The translations under genes were made by a program, and so were the position numbers. The notes beneath the pieces were generated by a model. That model ran no database searches and was not told the origin of the DNA. It worked only from the letters and a program-made list of their open reading frames with translations. From Candidatus Egerieisoma sp. (GTDB lineage: Bacteria > Bacteroidota > Bacteroidia > Bacteroidales > UBA932): a stretch of 64,000 bases of DNA. The stretch covers positions 32,043 to 96,042 of the forward strand of contig JAZRQU010000075.1 of the NCBI GenBank assembly GCA_045650045.1, in the 5' to 3' direction. Below, one piece after another: positions 46,820 through 54,927 of the stretch; position 1 is the first letter of the stretch, and each line of letters begins with the position of its first letter.

Positions 46820-47968
46820 ATGAAAAAGACAATATATACATTAATGGCCACTTTAGCAATTGTATCATGCACTAAAGAGGATATTCAAGACATCAATAAA
46901 GGAAACGAGATTGATTTCTACACGTCAGTTACACGTGCTACAGAAACCACATTGGATAATCTTGAAAGTTTTTATGTTTCATCTGCTATTGGTACTGTTG
47001 GAGAAACTGGGACTTCTGTAAACGACAATGACTATTTTACAGATATTGAATTCAGCAGAAAAGGCAACTACTACGAATCAGAGGAAAAGTACTATTGGCC
47101 TACTGCAAGCAATTCTTTTGTTGATTTTTATGCTTACGCACCTAGTAAAGAAAACATGGGCGTTGATGAAATAACCAGAAACAACTTCGTTGGATTTACA
47201 CCAGCAACAACAATTGCAGATCAGAAAGACATCATTATGGCATACGCCAGAGGAAGCAAATCTGAATCAAGCGATGGTGTAGAACTTACATTCGACCATA
47301 TCCTGTCACAAATAGAAATACAGGCATACAATTCCAATCCTGGCTATGTAATCAAAGTGAAAGGCGTCCGTATCGGCAAAGCATGTAACACTGGTGATTT
47401 TTCATACGCACAAGGCCAATCATGGGAGGTGGACAAATATAAATCGGCAAAAAACATGGAAAACTATCAAGTGGAATATGCAGCTGACAATAATGATGAG
47501 ACTGAAGATGTATATACACTTACTTCAGATGCCATTTCAATTATGTACTCACCTAATGCCACAGATGAAGACAAGACAAAAGCCAATGCAATGCTTATTC
47601 CACAGGGTCTAACCCCATGGGATGTTGAGAAAACAGGTGAAGAGGATGTACCTGGAGCATACCTTGCAGTATTGGTCAACATTACAACCGCATCTGGTGC
47701 CGATGTATTTCCAGGCAACGGCAACTATGAATGGATAGCTACTCCACTTAACGGAGCATGGGCTAAAGGATACAAGTACGTATATAAATTGGATTTGAGC
47801 ACTGGCGGTTACGTGGCACCAGACTCTCCAAATATCCCAGAAGATCCAGATAACCCTAATCCAGACCATCCAAAACCTGGAGATGATGTTCTTGGAGGCA
47901 AAATCCAATTCAAAACGAGTTATTACTCATGGAATAATATGAATAATATGGAGGTACAGAACAATTAA
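46820..47968 (+). CDS. Fimbrillin-family lipoprotein (type V pilin-like)
   Basis: Lipobox AIVSCTKE; YYWPTASNSFVDFYAYAP and LTFDHILSQIEIQAY motifs. Confidence 0.65.
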   Translation: MKKTIYTLMATLAIVSCTKEDIQDINKGNEIDFYTSVTRATETTLDNLESFYVSSAIGTVGETGTSVNDNDYFTDIEFSRKGNYYESEEKYYWPTASNSFVDFYAYAPSKENMGVDEITRNNFVGFTPATTIADQKDIIMAYARGSKSESSDGVELTFDHILSQIEIQAYNSNPGYVIKVKGVRIGKACNTGDFSYAQGQSWEVDKYKSAKNMENYQVEYAADNNDETEDVYTLTSDAISIMYSPNATDEDKTKANAMLIPQGLTPWDVEKTGEEDVPGAYLAVLVNITTASGADVFPGNGNYEWIATPLNGAWAKGYKYVYKLDLSTGGYVAPDSPNIPEDPDNPNPDHPKPGDDVLGGKIQFKTSYYSWNNMNNMEVQNN

Positions 47969-48007
47969 CACAAGAGAGGCCGGACAAAGAATTTTGATCC
48001 GGTCTCT

Positions 48008-49285
48008 TTACTTTTTATACCCTAACAACCAAACAAGAGAAACCTCAGCTTTAGTAGGACCTATCAATTGTCTGTCTGCAGTCCTCTGCCATACATAATG
48101 ATCATCTTCCGGAAGGTATTCCTTAACCTCACCCTTAAGATATCCTAAGCCTAAATTAAGGTCTATATTAAGCTTATTAGAAACCGGAAATGAATACCCA
48201 TATTCTACACCAGCTCCAAAAGTCCATTTCTCCCCCATAAAACCTCTTTTCCCAAGATTAAAGTCAAATGTCATCATCTGGCCATAAATACCAAGATGAT
48301 GACCAGTAAAACGTTTATCTGAAAAGTTATTGCCAAACCATCTTCTTAAAGCGACATCTCCTCCATAAATTCTCCAAGTATAGTTCTTGGAATCCTTATT
48401 CCACCATGAATACATCCAATTACCGGCAAAACTGACTTCGTCAGACAAATAAAATTCAACACCCAAATTAGGTACCAGAGAAATATCATATAGCATATTA
48501 GTCTTAATTGCTAAAACAGGCTTATAACCGCATTTAGATAAAACAGTCTGCCTTTGATATGGTAGTGGTATCTCAACTTTATTAAAATTACTCTCTAATT
48601 TCTGTACAAAATGAACATTTACATGCCCAACTTCATTTTTTAACAGAACATGTTCTTTTTCAGCAACCTTTTCGGTTGCTGAAACTGGTATTACAGACAA
48701 AATAATTTCAATCTGTGCTATCCTTAACCTATCAAGGAAATTAGACTTTACATATCTGTAAAGATCGGGATTACTTCTAAAAGCATTATACTTCTCTGAA
48801 TATGAAAGGCTCGTATTATTTAATATAGCACACATCTCATCTTTATATTTGACAGATGGATCATCAGCAATAAGATAAAGTAAATTCTCCCACATATTTG
48901 TTTTGCTGTCAGCTACAACAATATTGTGATCAAGATGTGGAAACAAATTTTCAAGCAGCTGTATTGTATTCAGCGCACGTAATCTGGCAATATATCTGTT
49001 CACAGATAAAGTACCATCAGGAGAAGCAGAGGCCATAATTGATATGGATTTTACTTCTAGACTGTCACTAGAAGAAGAGCGTGACATATCATCAATCAAC
49101 TGAATGATGGTTTCTTCATTATTTTTGAATTCCTTATTTACTTTTGTTTCATTTATCTTAAAGTAAAGAGTGTAGGATTTTAAAATCACTTCAGTCTCTT
49201 GAGCCATAAGAATATTGCATGCGGAACATACAAACATGAAAACAAAAAATATAACTGAATATCTTGTTATTTTATAAATCATCAC
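48008..49285 (-). CDS. OmpA-like N-terminal region plus DUF3575-like outer-membrane beta-barrel protein
   Basis: Signal peptide ...LMA|Q. SASPDGTLSVNRYIARLRA resembles the OmpA-family peptidoglycan-binding pattern. The C-terminal half has alternating aromatic beta-strand patterns. Paralogue of 49448..50695. Confidence 0.6.
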   Translation of the reverse strand: MMIYKITRYSVIFFVFMFVCSACNILMAQETEVILKSYTLYFKINETKVNKEFKNNEETIIQLIDDMSRSSSSDSLEVKSISIMASASPDGTLSVNRYIARLRALNTIQLLENLFPHLDHNIVVADSKTNMWENLLYLIADDPSVKYKDEMCAILNNTSLSYSEKYNAFRSNPDLYRYVKSNFLDRLRIAQIEIILSVIPVSATEKVAEKEHVLLKNEVGHVNVHFVQKLESNFNKVEIPLPYQRQTVLSKCGYKPVLAIKTNMLYDISLVPNLGVEFYLSDEVSFAGNWMYSWWNKDSKNYTWRIYGGDVALRRWFGNNFSDKRFTGHHLGIYGQMMTFDFNLGKRGFMGEKWTFGAGVEYGYSFPVSNKLNIDLNLGLGYLKGEVKEYLPEDDHYVWQRTADRQLIGPTKAEVSLVWLLGYKK

Positions 49286-49447
49286 AAATACAAATTATCG
49301 TAAAATATGCTTCTAGCGTATCACAAAGGTATGAATTAATTAAAATTATCAATCAATTTCAGAAAAATTATACTAAAATTAAAATTATATATTTAACTTT
49401 ACAGGGTGAATTTAATCAGGACACAAGCTTAATGATCTAAAATAAAA

Positions 49448-50695
49448 ATGCGCAACAACTGGATAAAAGTGAGGATACTGCTGTCTGCTACCCTTTTCCT
49501 GCTAACTATCTTTAACTTATCAGCACAGGAAAAAGTAAAGGTATACTTTAAATTTGACGGTTCAGACATGCTTGTAGACTATATGGCAAACAAACACTCA
49601 CTCAATATGCTGTTGCACAAAATTGACAGTATTGGGGTAAATTCTCTCGACTCCATTGTAATTGTTTCACAAACTTCTCCCGACGGAGTTTACGAACACA
49701 ACATACTCCTATCAAATAAACGTGCATCAGCATTAAAGAAATATCTGGTATCACAACGCCCAGAAACGTCAAATCTTATCAAAACAGATAGTCGTGGAGA
49801 AGCATGGGATGAATTGAGAGAACTGGTACTTTCAGATAATAAAATATCAGATAAAAGCAGAAATAGCGTAATAGCCGTCATTGATGCCAATATAAATACC
49901 GGTACTAAAAAATGGAGACTGGAGCAACTTCCTATCTATAGATATTTGCGTATTACCCACTATAAAGAACTTCGCAATTCAAATTATTGCCTTTTCTATA
50001 TAAAACAACAGGAAGTAAAAGAACAAGTGCAAGTAGAGAAAGTGGTAGAAGAGGTTGAGCCTATAAAACAACAGGAAGCAATTGAAGAAGTTAAAGTTGA
50101 ACCGGATAAGACTACTGTTACAACTGTAGAAAAAGAAGAAACATTTACAGTTTCTGAAATATCCAAAAATGAGGCATTTTTCATAAGGAGTAACCTGCTT
50201 CTGCCTCTTTTGAACTTTGGAATTGAAGTTCCTATTGGAACAAAATGGTCTGTAGGTGCTGATTATTACTTCCCATGGCAAAAGCGCGATAAAAGCAACA
50301 AAAACTGTACTCAAGTCCTAATGTGGAATCTGGAAGGAAGATACTGGTTTGGAAAGGACAGGACAAAAGATTACTTACTTGAGGGTCACTCTATTGGATT
50401 GAACACAATGTTTGGGTTATACGATCTTGAGAAAGATTATACCGGACATCAGGGAGAATTTGTAAACTTTAGCGTAGACTACACATACGGCATGCCAATA
50501 TTCAAGGATAAATTACATTTGGAATTTACAATTGGACTTGGATACTTATTCTCTAAAGCAGAGAAATATAATGTTTTAGAAGAAGGTGGCAAAGGCTATA
50601 AAAAAAGCTACAAGGAAAATATCCATTGGGTTGGACCAAACAAGCTAGGAGTATCTATTGTAGTTCCAATTAACATAAAAGGGAGGAGCAAATAA
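49448..50695 (+). CDS. OmpA-like N-terminal region plus DUF3575-like outer-membrane beta-barrel protein; first gene of pilus module 2
   Basis: Signal peptide ...LSA|Q; QTSPDGVYEHNILLSNKRASALKKYL; E/K/V-rich linker; C-terminal beta-barrel-like half. Confidence 0.6.
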   Translation: MRNNWIKVRILLSATLFLLTIFNLSAQEKVKVYFKFDGSDMLVDYMANKHSLNMLLHKIDSIGVNSLDSIVIVSQTSPDGVYEHNILLSNKRASALKKYLVSQRPETSNLIKTDSRGEAWDELRELVLSDNKISDKSRNSVIAVIDANINTGTKKWRLEQLPIYRYLRITHYKELRNSNYCLFYIKQQEVKEQVQVEKVVEEVEPIKQQEAIEEVKVEPDKTTVTTVEKEETFTVSEISKNEAFFIRSNLLLPLLNFGIEVPIGTKWSVGADYYFPWQKRDKSNKNCTQVLMWNLEGRYWFGKDRTKDYLLEGHSIGLNTMFGLYDLEKDYTGHQGEFVNFSVDYTYGMPIFKDKLHLEFTIGLGYLFSKAEKYNVLEEGGKGYKKSYKENIHWVGPNKLGVSIVVPINIKGRSK

Positions 50696-51735
50696 TGAAG
50701 AAAGTGTTCAAATATACAATATATGCACTTCTGCTGATTGCTTCACTGCAGGGGTGTACAAGAATGGAATTGTATGAACTGTCAACAAAAGTGAATCTTA
50801 AGCTCAATATGAATCTGCAGATCAACAGCAATATTGACTTAAAGATAGATCCAGAACTGGACGTTGAGTTCAAAAACAAGATTAACGGCATTATGCCAAA
50901 ATATATGGAAGTATTGTTCTACGATGCCGAAAACAATTCGAGAAGAGCTTCATTCATATTGCCGGTTGAAGGTGGCATAATAAATATTGAACCGGGAGAC
51001 TATAACATAGTTGCATATAGCTTTGGAACAGAATCAACACAAGTAGGTGAATTGGGAAATTTGAATAGAGCAAAAGCATTCACAACCAATATCACCAAAG
51101 CAATGGCATCCAAATTCAAAGCAGCAATTACTAATGCCAAACCTGAAAGCGAAAGTACCCAAAGTACAAAAGGATATGAAGATGATCCAATTATCCATGA
51201 ACCTGACCACCTATATGTTGCTAATGAAAGGATGATAAATATTCCTTCTGTAACACACCAGAATGAAGATATTACAATACATGCAACAGCCAACACCATT
51301 ATAGACATATATAGTCTGGAAGTTTTGGGTGTAACAGGATGTGAAAACATTGAAAAAGTAGAAGCATTTATCACAGGGCAAATAAAAGAGAACTACTTTG
51401 GTTCAGAGTTGAGAGGATCTGATCCTGCAACAGTATATATTACGCTAAAACCAGACGGAAACAACAACAGACTATATACAGTATTTGGCACCTTTGGAAA
51501 ACTTCCAGGGGCAGATAACAAAATATATTTGGATATAACAGTCACAAATACCGGCGGAGGCCAGTACAGATACGTATATGATGTAACAGACCAGTTTGAA
51601 GATATTGAAAACATTAACAACAGATTGATTATAAGAGACTCTATCAACATCTTGCCGGGAATACAGGGTGGTGGCGGACTTGATCCATCAGTAGATGAAT
51701 GGGATAAGGAAGAAATAGATATCCCACTATCTTAG
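50695..51735 (+). CDS. Type V pilus anchor-like lipoprotein (Mfa2/FimB- or DUF5119-like), module 2
   Basis: Start overlaps the upstream stop (TAATG). Lipobox SLQGCTR; C-terminal GGGGLDPSVDEW block is paralogous to 44257..45204. Confidence 0.6.
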   Translation: MKKVFKYTIYALLLIASLQGCTRMELYELSTKVNLKLNMNLQINSNIDLKIDPELDVEFKNKINGIMPKYMEVLFYDAENNSRRASFILPVEGGIINIEPGDYNIVAYSFGTESTQVGELGNLNRAKAFTTNITKAMASKFKAAITNAKPESESTQSTKGYEDDPIIHEPDHLYVANERMINIPSVTHQNEDITIHATANTIIDIYSLEVLGVTGCENIEKVEAFITGQIKENYFGSELRGSDPATVYITLKPDGNNNRLYTVFGTFGKLPGADNKIYLDITVTNTGGGQYRYVYDVTDQFEDIENINNRLIIRDSINILPGIQGGGGLDPSVDEWDKEEIDIPLS

Positions 51736-51778
51736 AAACAATTAAAACTAATATACAAACCATTTAAAATCAACTCTC

Positions 51779-52687
51779 ATGAAAAAATTATTTTTGTTGG
51801 CAGCTTCAGCAATGATGGTATTTGCTAGTTGCAGTAAAACAGACATTATCTATCAAGATGAAACCCCACAAGAGATTGGATTGTTCCCAGTTGCTAAAAA
51901 ACAGACCAAAGCAGCAATTGATGGTACAGAATTCAGTTATACTAATATGATGGTAGCAGCATACCTAGCTGCAGGAGACGGTGTAACACCAGGTGCATAT
52001 TTTTCAGGAACCACATTCGAAAAAGGGAATAGTAATTTCACTGGTGGAAAATATTGGCCTATTCAGAATTCTACACTTAACTTCCTTGCAACAGCTCCTG
52101 TAGAGGATGGTATTTCAACTGAAATTAATGCAGAAACAGGTGTAGCAACTGTTACATTGACAGATAATCAATCAAATCAATATGACGTTATGTACGCAGT
52201 AGCAAGAGCTTCAAAATATAACAAAGTAACTCCAGTAGTAGGAATGACATTTGAACATGCTCTTGCATGGGTAAAATTTAAAATTACAGGTACAAATGAA
52301 ATAACCATTAACAAAATTACAGTTAATGGAGCAAAATACAATGGCACACTAACTGTTACTACTACAAATTGGACGGAATCGACAAATGACAAAGAGCTAA
52401 CAGCTGATTTTACTTGGACTGATGGTGAAACTATGGATAACATAACCGTCCCAACCGACGGATTGCTTGTAAGACCATGTGATGCTACAAGTTTTGTTAT
52501 CAATTATACAGTAACAAACGGTAATGATGTTCATGTATATAATTATACATATAATCCTGATGAATGGATTCAAGGTAAGAAATATATATATAACATAACC
52601 ATGAGTCTTCAGGGTATTGAAATCGCACCAGTAATAACAGATTGGACTGATACTCCAACACCTGACAATGGTATAACAATTCAATAA
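51779..52687 (+). CDS. Fimbrillin-family lipoprotein, candidate major stalk pilin (302 aa)
   Basis: Lipobox VFASCSKT; KYWPIQNSTLNFLATAP and MTFEHALAWVKFKIT motifs. Followed by two strong hairpins. Confidence 0.65.
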   Translation: MKKLFLLAASAMMVFASCSKTDIIYQDETPQEIGLFPVAKKQTKAAIDGTEFSYTNMMVAAYLAAGDGVTPGAYFSGTTFEKGNSNFTGGKYWPIQNSTLNFLATAPVEDGISTEINAETGVATVTLTDNQSNQYDVMYAVARASKYNKVTPVVGMTFEHALAWVKFKITGTNEITINKITVNGAKYNGTLTVTTTNWTESTNDKELTADFTWTDGETMDNITVPTDGLLVRPCDATSFVINYTVTNGNDVHVYNYTYNPDEWIQGKKYIYNITMSLQGIEIAPVITDWTDTPTPDNGITIQ

Positions 52688-52696
52688 TAAATATCC

Positions 52697-52729
52697 AATC
52701 CTACAGGACTAATTTAGTCCTGTAGGATT
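52697..52729 (+). terminator. 16-bp perfect palindrome (AATCCTACAGGACTAA / TTAGTCCTGTAGGATT) after the 302-aa pilin gene
   Basis: Arms at 52697-52712 and 52714-52729, read directly. Confidence 0.6.
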
Positions 52730-52764
52730 AATACCATCCAGCATCAATGACTGGATATGCAGGT

Positions 52765-52790
52765 TATAAGGGGTTGAATGTCCCCTTATA
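52765..52790 (+). terminator. Second hairpin (TATAAGGGG / CCCCTTATA, 8-nt loop) in the same intergenic gap
   Basis: Arms at 52765-52773 and 52782-52790. Confidence 0.45.
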
Positions 52791-52811
52791 GCTACTAAAT
52801 TAAAATAAAAT

Positions 52812-53873
52812 ATGACTAACGTGCGCATAATATATTTTTCACTTATAGCATTGCTTGCTTCAATGACTGTTGTTTCTTGTTCAAAAGAGGAACTTGGAAA
52901 TGACAGCAATAGTTATGAAATAAATTTCAATTGTAATGAAATTGGAGTAAAATCAGCAACTGATGCAACTGTTGAGGATTTGAAGAGCGGGTTCAAAATT
53001 TATGCGCACACTACATTTGAACCGCAAAGCTCAACTCCCACTACAGCATCTTCATTTCAAAGAGAAGTTTATCATGATGGTCAGAAATGGACATACGAGA
53101 ATACAATGCTTTGGATTCCAGATGCAACTTTTAATTTCAGAGGCTACTTTCCCGCTGATGCAGTTACAATAAATGAAACTGGTTACAATGAATATGAAAT
53201 GTTCTACACAAATATTGCAGACAAAAGTGACCAGGTAGATTTGCTTTTTGCCAGTGCAACAAAATCAACAGCACAAGCAAAACAAGACAGCTATGCAGCT
53301 GTATCACTTAATTTTAATCATATTCTCTCCAGAATAAACATTAAAGTAAAAGTTGATGCTACCGGTAATGTTCCAAAATTGGGAGCAATTGTAAAAGGAG
53401 TAGGATTAAGCGATATTGCAGATAATGCAAGATTTACAAATGGGCAATGGACTGATTTCTATGGTTCAGCAGATATTGGACATAATGCAACCTGGCTGAT
53501 TGGTGAATCTAAAATTGTAGAAAAAGGTGACCAGTATGAAATCAATCTAGATTATCCAGAAGGTGAGAAACTATTTGAAGATGAGGATTCTTTTTTAGTT
53601 ATACCCCAAAAGTTAAATGATAAAGTAGCAGCATTGAGAATGTATGTTGATATCATTACTCCCCCTGTCAAAAATGCAGAAGGAGAATATGAATATGAAA
53701 TTTTGATGCAGGATCAGCCTTTAGTTTGTAACATTCCGGCTATAACATGGGAAAAAGCAAAGCAATACACATACATAGTAACTATAACACAAAGTTTCTC
53801 TATAAATATTGAAGAACCGGAAATTGAAGACTGGGAAGATTCAAAAATGTCGGGAACCATAATTATTAGATAA
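52812..53873 (+). CDS. Fimbrillin-family lipoprotein (accessory pilin-like)
   Basis: Lipobox TVVSCSKE; LNFNHILSRINIKVK motif. Confidence 0.65.
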   Translation: MTNVRIIYFSLIALLASMTVVSCSKEELGNDSNSYEINFNCNEIGVKSATDATVEDLKSGFKIYAHTTFEPQSSTPTTASSFQREVYHDGQKWTYENTMLWIPDATFNFRGYFPADAVTINETGYNEYEMFYTNIADKSDQVDLLFASATKSTAQAKQDSYAAVSLNFNHILSRINIKVKVDATGNVPKLGAIVKGVGLSDIADNARFTNGQWTDFYGSADIGHNATWLIGESKIVEKGDQYEINLDYPEGEKLFEDEDSFLVIPQKLNDKVAALRMYVDIITPPVKNAEGEYEYEILMQDQPLVCNIPAITWEKAKQYTYIVTITQSFSINIEEPEIEDWEDSKMSGTIIIR

Positions 53874-53874
53874 G

Positions 53875-54924
53875 ATGAGGAGTAAGTTTACATATTTGCT
53901 GATAATTTTTGCAATGGCTTTCATATCTTGTGAAAAGATTGGCAGCGATAGTGAGGAAATTGACTTGTCTCAAAAGGCTGGTTATATAAAGTTCTCTTCC
54001 AGCGTTTCAACCAAGGCTCCAATAATAACGAGTTTACGGGGGGACGCATTTGGCGTTATAGGATTTGAGTATCCCAATTATCAAAGCTGGTCATCTGCAC
54101 GATCATTGGCAACGCCAAATCTTTGCCATGAGCTGGCAGTAGAGTGTGATGAATATGGCTCATGTTCATACGACACAGATCCAAACAATTCAGGCAAGCA
54201 ATATATGTTATGGGATTTGTTAAATAACCACACATTTTTTGCATATTATCCTTTAAGGACAAATAACAATGGTATAACAATAAGTGGCAGCAATAATCTG
54301 AACACACCATACATAATTTATGATATTCCATTAGGCAATGGAGAAAATGCTGTTGATCCCGACAATCTTCTGGATATAATGACGGGATATGCAGTGGACC
54401 AGACCGTACGAAGTGGCGAAGTTGGATTCAAATTCCAGCACCGATTGACCTGTATTGATGTTATTGCCAGAAACTTCAATGATAATACCCAACAAATTTC
54501 AAATTTATCTATTGAATTGAATGGGATACAATACAATAGGATAAAAATTCCTATGCAGAAAGGAGACAGCCAATTTGATGTTGAACGCAGCATAAAAACA
54601 GGCACTACTATTCCTGCAACAGTACGATTCAATATATCTTCAGACGAAATTGTAGAAATAAGCAAGAACCAGGTTATAGGATTAACTGGAAATGAAAATG
54701 AAGAAAAGAATATAATAATCATACCTCAAGATAACCATATTTCAGGAACTGCACATTTTAAAAATAATGGTGAGACCAAGAGTATGACCTTTAATTCAGA
54801 ATTCGAACTGGAAGAGGGTAAGAAATACAGTATAATTATAAATTTCACAGGTGATGACATTATTGTGCTTATGGTAGAATCTGGAGCTTGGGAAGTAGTA
54901 CCTGTAAAACATGATTTTGACTAG
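53875..54924 (+). CDS. Fimbrillin-family lipoprotein (accessory pilin-like)
   Basis: Lipobox AFISCEKI; FKFQHRLTCIDVIAR motif. Confidence 0.6.
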   Translation: MRSKFTYLLIIFAMAFISCEKIGSDSEEIDLSQKAGYIKFSSSVSTKAPIITSLRGDAFGVIGFEYPNYQSWSSARSLATPNLCHELAVECDEYGSCSYDTDPNNSGKQYMLWDLLNNHTFFAYYPLRTNNNGITISGSNNLNTPYIIYDIPLGNGENAVDPDNLLDIMTGYAVDQTVRSGEVGFKFQHRLTCIDVIARNFNDNTQQISNLSIELNGIQYNRIKIPMQKGDSQFDVERSIKTGTTIPATVRFNISSDEIVEISKNQVIGLTGNENEEKNIIIIPQDNHISGTAHFKNNGETKSMTFNSEFELEEGKKYSIIINFTGDDIIVLMVESGAWEVVPVKHDFD

Positions 54925-54927
54925 ATT

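Noticed and set aside
49286-49447. Invertible promoter (inverton) between the divergent OmpA-like/barrel genes
   Set aside because: I found no pair of inverted repeats of useful length flanking a promoter in this 162-bp AT-rich spacer, and no site-specific recombinase gene lies nearby.
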